Source of the DNA: Bugula neritina
Lineage: Eukaryota; Animalia; Bryozoa
Direction: 5' to 3'
DNA: 64,000 nt
NCBI GenBank assembly: GCA_964035545.1
Contig: OZ037767.1
Location: 10,116,581 to 10,180,580 of the forward strand
The notes under the pieces are model-generated. The model was not told the origin of the DNA, searched no databases, and worked only from the letters and a program-made list of their open reading frames with translations. Both the position numbers and the translations under genes were made by a program. Of this stretch, positions 40,553-55,400 are shown piece by piece; the first letter of the stretch is position 1; each line of letters begins with the position of its first letter.

Positions 40553-43230
40553 TTCTTTAATATATTGTCAGGAAAGCTTTACTTGAAAGTTCCTTCTGCA
40601 AAACAAATAATAATATAATATTTGATCAATGAATCATTTTTAAGTTCTCTATTTTTCAACCTGTAAGTAGAGGAATTAAAAATCAATCAGAAGTAATCTT
40701 TAAAAAGCAGATTTGACTAAGCAGATGCAAAAGGATTGTTAAACCATATCTTATTTCAGTTCCTAGTGCCTGTTATTTTATAAGTTAAACCTCATAGTAG
40801 ATTGCGTTGATAAAGTAATTTCTATTTTATGCTAACATTCAGATCACACCTGTAGAAATTTACAGGAGGGTTGTTTGACCAATAGATCTCATCCTTACAT
40901 TGAGCTATTTTTAACACGCATTTTCAGTAGCTAATTTAATTGTTGTTGCTAGTTAGTACAAATATTGTTATACCAGCTAGCAACATACTTTGTCTGTTTG
41001 AATCTGGTCATTTTCAAAATGTTATTCTTTAAATCAGCAGAAGCTTGGAAAGCATGAAAAGTTAATGAGTGTACTATTTACAAATATACCACTGTCACCA
41101 TTTAGGTGTATGAACTTGTTCCAATAACCGAAGCCATTTAATTGCCTTTACAAACTCTGTTTTTAGACATTTCTTAAATTACTTTGCTATACTCATCATC
41201 TAGAACTCAGGTTCCTCCATTACTGTTCCTGCCTCATGATCACTACTGTCTCAACTTTGTAATTAAAGCTGATAGTGTTATAATTGGTTGAAGAGCATTG
41301 ATTATTCAATCAATCTTGGACAGCAAATGTTTACACCCGTTGTACTAATTTTTTGAAAAACAATCCTTCTTTTGTTCTAAAAATCTTAGAAACTGTGCAG
41401 CGATCACTTGCTTTGTAGAAAAATCAGTATAGAAAATGCATAATCATGCAAAATATGAAGATCACTTTCTTAGTCAGAATGTAAATAAGTAACCTGTTTT
41501 ATTTGTCCACCATATCCTACATTCTGTTCCATATTACTGAGGACAACTTTCACAGCTAAAATTTGCATATTGGAAATAAGATTTGTGCATTAGATATCTT
41601 GTATTTAGTATTATATTATTATTTATTATTCAAGTTAACCCTCTTGGGGTGCTAAAGGTACAGTATATACACCTGCTTCTACTCATGCTGTTGTGCCATT
41701 ATGCTAAGTTACTAAATGAGAACACAAAGAGGCATATTAAACTAATTAATGGATTATGTTTTATATTACTAATCATGTAAATCAATGTTTATTAGATTAA
41801 TAAACAGTCACAGCTCTTTTCAGCTCAATTCAGATTCCTAGGTTTATAGGTTTCACTGTCGTAATAACCATGTCACAAAGAAAGAATGAAAGTTAAGGCT
41901 GCACAAGAACATTGCTATATACTCAAGAAGTACCAGCTATAACCTCTACATTTTTCTTTTTACGTTAACAATTTTGAATGTAGGAGCAATAATGGAGAAA
42001 TTGGAAAAAGTAGGTGTTTTAGATGGAAAAATGTAACAGAATAAGTTATTTTTCCAACCTGTTCACCAGACTAAAGATAAAGATTATTTTTCTACACCTA
42101 TAATAACTTGATAATAAAATTGGTGGATTTTTACCTGTGTTTCCATGCAACAGCTACAGTAAAAGTTCATAGTGCAAAGAAAATAAACATCAGATGTTAA
42201 CACCAACACATCATTAAATGCATTTAATTCCTTAAAATTGAGAATTGAAAACTTTAGAAAGTTAGTTGTTGTAAATCATTACAACGACATGACTACAAAC
42301 ATACAGTGTAATATATACTATTTTAGTTAACCTAACTTGTTGGTTTTACCATCAATTTTTACACAAGTTTCCAGAATAGTCTAAATTCTAGAACATACAA
42401 TCGTCTAGAAAATATAATATATAACTAAAGAATGATTGTAGAAAAGTTTACTTTGGTGCAGCCATGCAGAGACATCAAAATTTGTTCAGTGTGGGTTTAC
42501 AACTTTTGGTTTTGCTTCTAATGCTACATTCATGGACCAGAGCTAGTTCTAGCCAGAAAACTGCAACCTCAATGAGTTACAGATAAGAAGTAATGGAGAG
42601 TGGTAAGATACCCCTACTCGACCAAGGTTGAAAAGTTTACATATTTAATTTATAGGAGACAGACATGCATAAACTAAATTTTGCCTAAATTCCAGAAATA
42701 TTCTAGCCTACAGTGGTAAGGCATTGTCTAGTCACCATCTCCAGCCAGTTTGGTGAACTCATAGTTCTGACTGAAACTTCACTGTTGAGATCTACTGATA
42801 CTACAAGAACTAATATTACTAATTATGCAATTACTTCATATCAACCGACATCCCAGGAAATACTGGCACAAGACATAAATGTAGCCTGAAGTTCACATGG
42901 TTGTTGGTTGCTTAAAACAAGCCAATTTACGGGATAGAAAGATGTCACTATACTGTGAAATTGTGATTGTAGTCCAGTAAAGCCTGTTACGGTTAACACA
43001 AAGCTAGCTGCATATACATATTTGTGTTGTTTACCAATACTACATTATAACTACACTGTCTTATGTCTATTCTATATCAACAATGCTTCTAGTCACATTG
43101 TTTCAACTGTTTATTTCCATCACACTTTGCAGCTGCTATATTTGTCAATTAATTAGTTTTTGTAAACTTTTAGAAGTTATAGCCGTCTTAGGCTTTTATT
43201 AATTAGTTTCTACAAGGCGGCTATGTCTGT

Positions 43231-43444
<214 letters not shown>

Positions 43445-44384
43445 AGAGCTAAACTTAATGTATGTACATGTAATTGTCCTAGTTGTCTAATACAACAGGT
43501 AAGAGGGTAAAAAACTAAAGCATGATAAAATAAAAATCCAGCAATATATCTTAATAAATGTTACATAGCTCTACTGAGCTTTATTCTGATTATATAACTA
43601 TTACTTACTTGCTGCGATGTAGAGACTTACCTCCTGAAACAGAGAAAGTGTTTGAACTGAACAAGGAAGTCACGTACTATGGAAAAATTGACTTAGTATA
43701 TTATACCTGATTAGTCACTCCTTCTTTATAAAGAAGATTGAGCTTACAAATTGTGTTTAACTGACTCAGTTAGTCACTCTCACTAATGAAAGTTTTACAC
43801 AGCTGTCTTAACTACTAAGGCTATATAACCCAGATAGCATCTAATGGGTATACATTTCATAGCTTAAGGTTAAAGGTTAGCCATAGATTACATCAGTGTG
43901 TGAAGCCAGCAGCACCTCAGATATAAGTGGCAGCAGCTGCATGCTATACATCATGTCTAATATAAGGTATAAAGTCATTTCTCGAAAGGTCTGACACCCC
44001 CTCCTTAGCAAGCTCCTGTTCTTTTTTTATTTTAAGACTAAAGGTTATTTAAGTATTCATACATTTTAAAGTAAGCTCATCTTAAGAAATTATTATCCTG
44101 CTTCCATCTTGTGATCACTTATATTATTAGTCTATGACTCAACTTCTGTTAGTCACAAGTCATAGTGGTTTCTTTGTATAGTTTACATAATAGCTAGCTC
44201 ATAAGTGTGGAGGCAGTACCAAAACTATCAGCAGATTCTATAAGTCATTTAACTTTTTACCGGCCAAGAAAATATTTTTAGGTGTAAAAAGGAGTGGGTA
44301 GAAGTGCTGTGATGCTTTTATGTCTAGTTGTTAAAATGATATCTTGTTACTTACAACCTGTATTCACTGATTTTAGGTCAAGAT

Positions 44385-44591
44385 GACACAGGTAAAAATG
44401 GCACACTGATGTTAAATTTTCCCAAAACCCCAACCCCGAACTCAAACCCCCATTCCCTAAACCTGAACCCCCATTCTAAACCTCCTAACCCCCCCCCCAT
44501 CCCAAAGTCCAAATCCTAATATTAAAAATGTGCTAATTTTACTTATTTTGCCATTTGTGCCATTATCACCTGTGCCATTTTTACCGGACAC
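44385..44591 (-). mobile_element. Inverted copy of the 16400 MITE-like element
   Basis: Reverse-complement similarity to 16400-16602. Confidence 0.75.
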
Positions 44592-46158
44592 AGTATTTAC
44601 TTTGTTCAACTACTTTGAGATCACTGGTGATGAAATACTATACTGCATTGAAGAGTTTACAGTTTGTGCTTTTTTATTTATACAAAATAAACTATAGAAA
44701 ATGTAGGTGGCGACCATGGGGCACCGGTGACCATAACATAGACTTTAATGTAAAAATACTACAAGCTTTAGAAACATGTTCAAAACAATCACAAAAATTA
44801 TGACATTTCTAAACTATTTTGCAAATTTTCAAATGCATTAAATTAAGCCACTTGAATAACTATAAAGTTAAAACAGTGCCCAGTTTGATACTTCAAATTA
44901 AATTATTGCAACTTAATGGGTGTACAGCACCTTCAAACATTCAACTGTTTCTACAAGCTTTCACTTTACATCTTATTTTGTCTATCTCAAGACCTTAAGA
45001 AGGTGTATATTTAGAAACTATACCTAGTTGTAGATTAAAATGCAATTATAATTTCACTGCTGTTGTGTTTTCGTATATAGAAATATTTATTGCCGCAGAC
45101 TGAAAGCAAATAGCAATAATGTGAAAACCATTGCATCATAAGTTATAAGTGTAGTTGCAAGTTGCAAGTGACAAGTGTAAAGATAAGTGAAAATGTTGGG
45201 TTTTTATACCAGTTAAAAAAGTTAGCTATTGTGTAGTAGCAATAATGAGTGTAGAAAAAGCATAATATAGCGGACATAGCTGTGGTGACACATGAAAAGC
45301 TATAATGAATTAGAGACAAGCTTTCCCAACTCCTGTAATGTCCCAACAACTGTATACGGAGTAATAATGGTATTTTTGATATATTACTAAATATAGTTAG
45401 TAATTGTACGCCACTATATATAAAACATACACACACAATGGACAGCAAAGCTGATGGAGAAGGGAGAGTGTTCATGCATTTAATTATAAACTTGTAATCT
45501 AACAATTTATATTACTGGATAAATCACGTATACATTTAACTTTAGCATCATTTTAATCTCAGAGAATTTAAATAATTTTTTCATGAATATGTATTTTGTA
45601 ACACATTTAATTCAGAGCTATTATACTCAATATGCTTTTTGTATATACTCTTGACAAAAGAAGTCCATGACAAAGTTAAAGTTGTATTTGAGTTTTAATA
45701 TAGTATAGAAAACTTTGATATTTACTCTTAAACAGCTATATACAGTAGATATAGTATAGGTGCTGTACTAGCTGCCCCATTTCATGTATTAGTTCTAATC
45801 AATGTGATCTAAAATATACTTGTACTACAATACTGCTGTCAAAATTAACGTCTGCCAACACAAAACTAGATTCCCACAATTAAATTAGGTGTTGTGGCAT
45901 CACAATGTATAGAGTTTCATCCACAAGTTTTACGCATCACGTGACAAGGTGAAATGCTCATCATTAACTAGGTTGAATGCTGCTTCTCGTGATAACAACA
46001 GCAGCAACAGTTAAGATGCTATCTTGTATATTGTATAGAGTATAGACAGTCCTGTTGTCTTTGTGTTCCTTTGTATGATATAAATTCAGTGTTATTCAAC
46101 ACTGGAAATTCTACTCCGAAGTACAGTCATTAGTAATGAGTATAGCATTGAGACTACC

Positions 46159-46245
46159 CAGTAGATCCTGTGGTGTAATGGTTGGTGCACCAGTTTGGAA
46201 GCCGGAGGTCTTGGCTCGAATCCCAGTGGGGGCAAATATTTTACA
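46159..46245 (+). mobile_element. tRNA-derived short repeat, family 1
   Basis: cagtagatcctgtggtgtaatgg...aagccggaggtcttggctcgaatcccagtgggggcaaatatttta. Confidence 0.7.
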
Positions 46246-46803
46246 ATAATAGTAGTATAGGTTTGGTCAGGCTATGCAGGTGCTGCTACATGAAAGTGGG
46301 TCCTACCTGCCACACACCATCCGCTAGCTGCAACTAAAACACTAATTAGATAACTATAACAAGAAATTTCGCAGTATTCGTTCATCATTTTAACTTCATA
46401 AAATTTACACAAAACAACCTTATTTTGGTGCCTATGTGAAATTTTCAATTTCAGCTTAATTTGACTATAAATATACACTTAAATTTGACAGCTTTGTAGT
46501 TTCTATAAATCGGCAAAAATGATTCCTGTGATATTGAAATGATTATCGCCAATTATGGATCATTTTATTTTAGCTATTGTCCACAAAAGTCACTTTTATT
46601 TACATGATGCTATTTAAACCATGTTTGTGGTTTCAATTTTTAATAAATATAATATTTTAATAAATTTATCATGCACAATCACACCAAATGACGTATTAGT
46701 GCATGTATTAATATTAATATATTCACTGATTACTAATAACCAATTGAATAATAATGATTTTAGTATATTAGAAATATTTTATTAGTTTACATGATAGATT
46801 AGT

Positions 46804-46810
<7 letters not shown>

Positions 46811-46871
<61 letters not shown>
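46811..46871. repeat. (AT)n microsatellite
   Basis: Pure AT run. Confidence 0.98.
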
Positions 46872-46875
<4 letters not shown>

Positions 46876-48243
46876 TGATACACTATATACACATAGGACA
46901 TAAACAGAAAGAACAATGACATGCATGTATACTAGATATTAGATAATAATACATATACATCTTATTTTTCTGCCAAATTTTCATAGACTTTGCTATATGT
47001 ACACCAGACCTTGGTAGGAAATATCTCTAATATATATTATTAAATTTTTAATAGAAATCACATAGCTGCCCATGTTTAAAGGTGAAGCATGTCTTAAAAA
47101 GTTATCCACCACTTTTGAATAGTTTTTCCCTTAAAGCTCTTGGAGTCACAGTACCCATGAGGTATCTATTTCTGGTATAACATGAGGCATACAAGTGATG
47201 AAAGATTAAAGGGTTGTCTTCTTTCTTTTACAAGTACAGATAACTTCAAAATTACTCTACTCTGTGATGTTCTCTAATCTAATCTAATCTAATGATATTT
47301 AAAATAACTTTATCAAAATCATTGACACCATTATCTAACCCACAACTTTCCACAGTCCTTTGTACTCTTTGAATAAATATTTTCATATTAATTTTATCTG
47401 CATATCTATAATTATATTCAATGACTTGATTTTTACCTTTCAATATAAGTTAGAAATATAAAAGTTCTATGAGCTCTACAAACTTAAATTGACACTTACT
47501 TTTATAAAATATATGATCAGCATGTAATCAATAGCCTACTATCATTTTTTCAAACCACTTAGTGTACTCATGCATGTAGTTATAGTGGATGTATACATAA
47601 CATAATTATAATTTTGTAAATTAATGCAGTTGAGAAATGTTTCTCATTTCATTCATATTAATTAAGTTTTTAGGCAGCTAATTATTTGTGGTACACAATT
47701 TTGTTCAACAAGCAAAAACAAGTCTTGTCTAAATCATCATGTTCAAAATATATGCCATGCAATGTTCTGGACAAGTTGGTATAGTTATTTATGTGTGGAG
47801 AAGAGACGAAAAATACAAGGGAAGAGGAGTTATGAAGTTGGAGTCACTAAGAAAGAAGAAAAGAAAGATATGACACAAGAGAAGCTTAAGAAAGGTGATT
47901 ATTGTTGTTTAAAAAAAGCTAATGCTGAGGTTGCATGATCCTTAAAATTTTTACAAAAATGAGTTTTCAATACATAAATAATCAAACTGTATACGACGTT
48001 TATATGTTAAGGTGCAAATTAAAGCTATAATCCCATACAAAATACATGCTTTTGGAGGCTTGTTGAAACTTAGCACCTATAATGTAAATAGCTTTGAAGG
48101 CTGCGTGCAAGTTGTAAAAAAGCTATTTTTGCTTTAAAACTTGTGTTTGTAGAATTTGTGACTCATTCATTAGCAGCAGAGATTGCAAATTCATACTTTG
48201 AACTATTCTAAAAGAACTGAAGTTGCTGTAACTATAAGTAGAA

Positions 48244-50994
48244 ATGAGTGCCAAAGAATCACCAATTGTAAGTTTTTTTTTCGAGGTCTTTTGTTTCTAT
48301 TCTATTGTATCGAAAGTTTATTCTTCATTTTAATCAATGTGTATGAAATTTAGACCTCTATTACATAATGCTTGATTATTTTCAGCCTTTCAGCATCTAT
48401 GTAGATAAAAAAAATAGTTTTAAAAATAACTAATTCTTGTAAAGTAGAAAAATATTTGTTAGTTCCCATTAAAAATTTGATGTTTTGACAAACATGGATT
48501 TAGTGCTCCCCTAACAGATACAATGTTATAGTTTAGATTTTATGCCGTGTCTGTAAATAATTGCGTGGGGCATGCTATTTCTTTACCTGTTACTTGTGGT
48601 ACAGACCTAGCTAAATTAATGTTTTTGAATTTAGAAAAGTGATATAGAAGAGGAAGAAAAGGAAATGGAAGTACCAGAAAATAAAATAGAGCTTGAAACG
48701 CCTAGAGCATCTGCCGATCTTGGTGAAAATCTTAATTTTGTCAAGATGCCCAATTATCTATCTGTTGAGCCAAGACCATTTGATCCCGAACAGTATGAGA
48801 CAGAGGTTGGGGAAGAAGAGGTGATGGATGAGGAAGGTAGAGCCAGGCTAAAGCTGAAAATAGAGAACACCATCAGGTAAATTAGTGGATCACCTAACAT
48901 ACAGTAAATGTCTGATAGTATGTAGATACAGTATAATATGTATGTATGATGATATATTATAATAAACTGATGTTCTGGTAAAATATTAACTACCGACTAT
49001 ATGCTGCAGGTGGAGATATGTCAAAGATGAAGCAGGAAAAATAATGACTGATGAATTTGGTGAGAAGATCAGAGAAAGCAATGCCAGGATGGTAAAATGG
49101 TCAGATGGATCACTTTCTCTCCACGTCGGCTCAGAAATATTTGAAATATCCTCTGTGCCAATAAAAGAACATCGTCACTTGTACATTCGCCAAGGTGCAG
49201 TTCTACAGGGACAGGCTGTGTTTGAAAACAAGTTGACATTTAGGCGAGTTCTATGATAGTAATTATATCTTGATATACTCAATTGGTTAATGCTTGCCCT
49301 GTTGCAGATAGTTTATAATATTATGTTTTCTGTGTTTCTATATATTCTAAGCTGAGATTCAGTCAAATTATAGTAAAACTTTTACCATATTTTATGCTTC
49401 CAGGTAAAGTTTAAAATCATGTAGAGTGCAGTGGTATTGTTATATAGATTTCTAAAGCTCAGGTAAAAGCTTTTATTACTGTAGATTAAGTAATGCTATT
49501 CATATATTCAATAACATACTGCATATTACATAATGTGTAGTGCGTAAAAAAGAGCAATAATATATGTATTTTGTAACACTTGCAGACCTCACTCTACAGA
49601 CTCATCCACTCACAAAAACCTGTCCACGTCTTCAGCTGAGAAGCTCGCAAATTTATCTAAGACCAAAACACTTTCAGCTGCAGGTAGAGACAACTTTGAA
49701 TAACTATTTTAAATTAATCTAAATTTAGTAGTCGTGCACTTTTCTATAGTCTGTTCTACGTAATCACAAGTTTGTCCATTCGAAGATAGTGCAAAGTATA
49801 CACTTACACTGTTTGTATATTCAGGTGCTGATCCAGAACTCTCTAAGACTGGTAGCAATAAAAAAGAAGAAGATCATCGGATAGATGCTTCCATTCGTAG
49901 AGCAGTTCAAGAGAGAAAAGCACGAGGAAAATTAGCATCTAGCGGAAGTAGCCAAGACACTAGCTCCCTTAAAGATGGAATGAATGTGAGCATGGTAGCC
50001 GTAAAAAATAAGGACAGGGTTAAATTGAGAAACTTTGATTTAATACTAGGAATGTGTTAGCCAGTAAATAACTGTGATAATGTATAGGCATTTGGTAGTC
50101 TGTCTTTGCTGCTTTTTTGCCCATTGGTTGAGTAGTTTGCTCCATTCAAATGACTTACCCATTATTTGCACTTTGCAGTATCTTACGCCGTAGCATAAAA
50201 TGTCAGCCATTTTTAATGTGTCTGGGCTGAAGTTTTCAAGATCCACTATATTAGGTACGATCTATTACACTTCATTGGACAATTATATCCAATGAGTTAA
50301 TGCAAAAGTTTTTCTGTCAAATAGGAGCCCGCTGCAGCATGCTTGAATCAAGCAGTGCTTGATCCTAACATACAGGAAGGTCAGATATTTTTAAAAATGG
50401 CTGATATTTTACAGCAAAGTGTGAATGAGAGGTTAGTTGTTGATTGTAGTTGTACAAGTTCCCATCATGAATTTAAAATATACTTACCTGCCCGCGAAAG
50501 AGTTGTCTAAGTAAAGTATTCTAAGTATAAATACCTGAAAGTATGTAAATCAAGTCAAAAGAGAGTATAGGAAAAAACTTAAGTTGCATTAGACACTGTC
50601 ATGACTTTAGTGTACAATTACACCCTCAAGTTATTAAGCTCTCTCAAAAATCACCATCTGTCTCTTGTACAAATCAGATCTATTAGTTTACCACCTTTTG
50701 CTAAATTACGGCTTATTTTTAAGATTTTGGTTCTGTCCATACCTTCCTCAGGGTGTTGTATTGTATGCACGAGTATCTCTATCTGCACTTTGTTGGTTTA
50801 TTACTCAATTTCTGTATTAGAAATTGGGTATTGGTAAAAAAAGAATATCAAGGCTGCCCTCTTCTGCTGAAAAAGACTACGAGTCAGAAGAAGAAGAAGA
50901 ATGGAAGAGAGAGAGACTACAGAAGGCAAAGAAACTGGCAGATTCAGATGATAACAGCAGCAGTGCTGAACAGGAACCTTCCGCCAGTCAATAG
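48244..50994 (+). CDS. LEO1: RNA polymerase-associated protein LEO1-like, short paralogue 1 (about 321 aa, diverged)
   Basis: Exons 48244-48267 (putative start), 48635-48876, 49010-49243 (GC donor), 49586-49683, 49825-50018 and 50821-50994. Motifs [61 protein letters not shown]. Confidence 0.88.
50169..50421. mobile_element. MITE with CACT ends and 2-bp TSD (CACTA/EnSpm-like), in LEO1 copy 1 intron 5 only
   Basis: tg|cactttgc...aaaatgtcagccatttttaa ... ttaaaaatggctgatatttt...gcaaagtg|tg. Confidence 0.6.
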
Positions 50995-52402
50995 CACTTT
51001 TAGTACTAATACTAATACTACTTCTACTACTACCAGTGCCACTATTATACAAACCATTGTTTAACCCACATATTCTCCTTGTACTCTTTTGATTACTATG
51101 TTTATATAAATTTCATTTGAAGATTCACAACTACAGTATATTTATTAACATGATTTGACAATTCACTAAAACATGGCTAAAAATATATAGCAACATATTA
51201 TTAGGCTTTATGAATTCTTAAGTTTAAATTACCACAAAATTTCATCACATAATGTTATTTCAAACCATTTGGAGTATTTTTGTGAATATATAGTTGCTCA
51301 TTCTATATTTTCTAATTATATCTATTTAATCACCCGAAATAGACTGTGACATGGTAATACAAAGTAGGTAATAACTAAACTAGCATTTATATTGTGGGAA
51401 AAAACTATGAGCAACCATAAGCCTTTCAGAGTATTTTTACATTGCCTGGTGTAATAGTCACAATAGTTAATTGGCATTATTACATAAATGTGCCATTCCC
51501 GGTTAAAAATAGCATTTTATATATGTAGACAACTAACTATCTATTCATAATATTTTCCAAATTGTCTAAATCATAATATTCAAAATGCTTGCCACAAGAA
51601 TTATTTATGTGTGGAAAAGAGATGGAGAATACAAGGGAAGAGGAGTTATGAAGTTGGAGTTACTAAAAAAGAAGAAAAGGAAGATATGACACAGGAAAAG
51701 CTTAATAAATGTAGTGAAATATGTTATGAAGCTAGGAGCCAAGACTACAGTTACATAAAAAAAACGAAGTTGGAAAAGTTAAAAAGGGAAAATCATATGC
51801 AGTCATTAGATTAGTAGTTAGTTTTATTAAAAAGGAGTTTTCTACCCATTGTGCCAGCACGGGTGCCTATGTTCTGTGATTCCCTTAAAGAAGGTTTAAT
51901 GGATGGAGGACAGAACTCAACCATTTGCCTAATGTTAGCAGTTTATATTTATTTCTCACAAAACTGTAACTATTATTTGGGCAATAAAATTTACGTTCCC
52001 TGTACTGACTCATCAGACAAAAGCTACCAGTAAAATGCTATTGCAAAAGCTTTCACAAAAAGCTTTCATCAAACAATATTTTACTTAAAGCTAGAAAAAA
52101 AGCTCTTGCAACACCCATGCATATACACAAAAATATTCTAACTGCATTAAATTTATATTGTGATGAACATTAATTAGGCTGTAGTCCTATTGTTAAAACA
52201 TTGTTAAAACTTAGTATCTAGCTGTAAAGGCTACAAGCTATAGAAAGCTATTCCTTGCTTTAAAAAAGAAGAAAGCATTTGCTTGAATTGTAAAAGCTTG
52301 TGCTTGTAGAATCTTTAGCTTGTTCATTTGCAGCAGAGATTGAAAACTCATACTTTGAATTATTTTGGAAGAACTAAAGTTAATTACTATAACTTTGCAA
52401 AG

Positions 52403-55400
52403 ATGTGTACTAAAGGATCACAAATCGTAAGTTTCTTCACAATCCTGCATTTCCATTGTATTGAAAAGTTGTGATTTTAATCAGTGCGAGGAAAATTTAA
52501 ATCTCTATTACATAATGTTTGATCATTTTTAGCATTTTATAGCATCTATAGTTAGAGTTGACCAATTAGAAAGATAGGAAGGGGTGTAGTGCTAGTGCTC
52601 CCCTGATATATATATATACAGTGCTGTGAAAAAGTTTAAGGACGCCTCCCTGTTTTTCATAATAGCAATGTTCCAAGCTAATTTAAAGACATAACTAAAG
52701 TATTTCCATAGACATGGTGCCTATCAAAATGATCCTTAAGATCTCCTTATTTCATTCATATAAATTATAAGTGTCTCCTTTTAGATCCTCCAAAAATTTG
52801 GGTGAAACAATGAGATACTATCCGTTTATGGGAATTATTCGATGCTCTCACAATTTGTGGGTACTGTATAACATCAGAATATTTTACTTAAAATATAGAA
52901 AAATATTATATGTGATTTGTTATACACCTTATAGCAGCATTGCAACACACAGTGCACTCAATATTAGTATCAATATTTTGTTGGCCAGCCTTTATTCTTA
53001 ATCACAAGTCGGCAGTGACGAGGCATCGACTTGTACAGCTTCTTCAACTCGTCTTCAGTCACAACATGATGCCATGCATGAATTACAGGCTCTATGAGTG
53101 TCACCTTGGTTGTTGGCTTTTTTGAGGAGACTATTTTAGCCATGCTTGACCATAATTTTTTTATAGGGTTCAAGTCAGGGCTTCGTGTTGGCCAGTTGAC
53201 CATTGAAACTATCTGCTTTTTCACCCACTCTTCAATAGTCTTCACCAGAAGGCATGGTGCATTGTCATCTTGAAATATGTAAATTTTATTTTAAAAAAAG
53301 CTTTTCATAATTGGAAGAAGTTTAGCATTGAGATTATCTATATATTTGTGGGTAATAACATCATTCCAGAGCAATTAATAGGCCTACTGAGTCAACCTGC
53401 ACTTTTTTATGTTATACAACCCCAGAATAAAACACTGATTATAGGGTGCTTAATTGTTGTAAGTATACATTGACGGCTATGTTTCTCTTACTGGTATCTT
53501 TTAACACAACAGTTTTCTGCATGATTGTTCACATTAAATATGGATTCATCTGAAAAAAATACTTTTTTTCTAATCATTCACTGTCTAATTACCAGGCTCC
53601 CTGGTCCACCGTAACCGGCTTTTTTGCTGCTTCTCGGTTGGTTATAGAGGGTTCCTCTTGCTTTGCGGCCATGTAAACCATGGCTCAGCAATCTTGCCTT
53701 ATGAGGGATGTCGAAGGTGGTGTTCCTGTTGATTCTGACTATTCCTTGCCTACTCAAGACTTGTTTTATGGCAATCTTTCTTGCTGATCTCAATGAAAAC
53801 CTTGTCATCTCTGGGTGTGCTTATTTTTGGTCCTCCATTTTCAGGTCCATCTGCTACACTACCAGTGTCCATAAACTTCTTGATAATTTGATGTACAGTT
53901 GTCTTTGCTTTGCCAACCTTTTCAGATATTTTCCTAATTGAATAACCTTCTTTGTGCAAGAAAATTGTTACAAACTTTGCCTCTGAAGGAAGATTTACAG
54001 CTCTCATTTAGTCTATGCGCAGCACCCAAGTGGACACCATGTAAAAGCTCACAACTAAATGTTATATTTCAAATTATAAAAGGAAGTCTTACTTTATGAT
54101 ATCATGATGCCATGCACAGAGTCAAATTTCACTATTTAGCCTTTTGTGGTTATAAAAGTCGATAAACTTTGGTTACATAAAAATACAGGAGTTGCGCTTC
54201 CCTAGCTGCTTGTGCAGTTGGCCCAAAAATGGATGAAAAACATCACAACAATAAAAATTTATAAGGTGGAAATTGTAGAGCACATTCTAAGGGTCATTTT
54301 GATATATAGAACATGCAGGAAAATATTAAGAACTTACAAGAAATACTTATTAAACAAGATACATAGAAATTTCTGCAAGCGTCCTTAAACTTTTTCACAG
54401 CACTGTATATATATATATATATATATACACAATGGCATATAGTTTAGAATGTGTAGATTGCATGTAAATGATAGTATATGGCATGCTATTTCTGTATTAT
54501 TTGCCCAGTTAATTACCAATACCACTGTATAATTTTTTGTATAGTACCAACTGTTTATTTGATATTAGCTTTATAGAACAAACTTAAATTGCAAATTGAT
54601 CGGTCATGCCAAGGTTGCCATCCCATGTGGAAGTTCAACATGTCCTAATGCCACTTGAAAAATGTATATATGGTAGTTTTCCTCACAGTTGAATAGTTTA
54701 AGCATGGAAGAAACTTGTAATACATACCTAATTAAAATGTTTTTAAATTTAGAAAAGTGACGAAGAGGACAAAGAAGTACCAGAAAATAGAATAGAGCTT
54801 GAAATACCTCGAGCATCTGCCGATCTTGGTGAAAATCTTAATCTTGTCAAGCTGCCCAATTTTCTGTCTGTTGAACCAAGACCATTTGATCCAGAACAGT
54901 ATGAGGATGAGATTGATGAAGACGAGGTGATGGATGAAGAAGGTAGAGCCAGACTAAAGCTGAAAGTAGAGAACACCATCAGGTAAGTTAGTGGATCACA
55001 GTACATGTCTGACGTTATATAATATACAGTACATGTCTCAAGATATATTATATACAGTACATGTCTGATGGTATATAATACACAGTACATGTCTGATGAT
55101 ATATACTACACAGTACATGTCTGATATATAATATACACGGTACATGTCTGATGATATATTATATACAGTACATGTTTGATGATATATTATATACAGTACA
55201 TGTTTGATGATATATTATATACAGTACATGTCTGATGATATACAATACACAGTACATGTCTGATGATATATTATATACAGTACATGTTTGATGGTATATA
55301 ATATACAGTACATGTCTGATGATATATTATATACAGTACATGTTTGATGATATATTATATACAGTACATGTCTGATGATATACAATACACAGTACATGTC

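Noticed and set aside
45143-45505. 120-aa hydrophobic ORF
   Set aside because: No recognisable motif, a non-ATG start, and a composition expected from AT-rich non-coding DNA.
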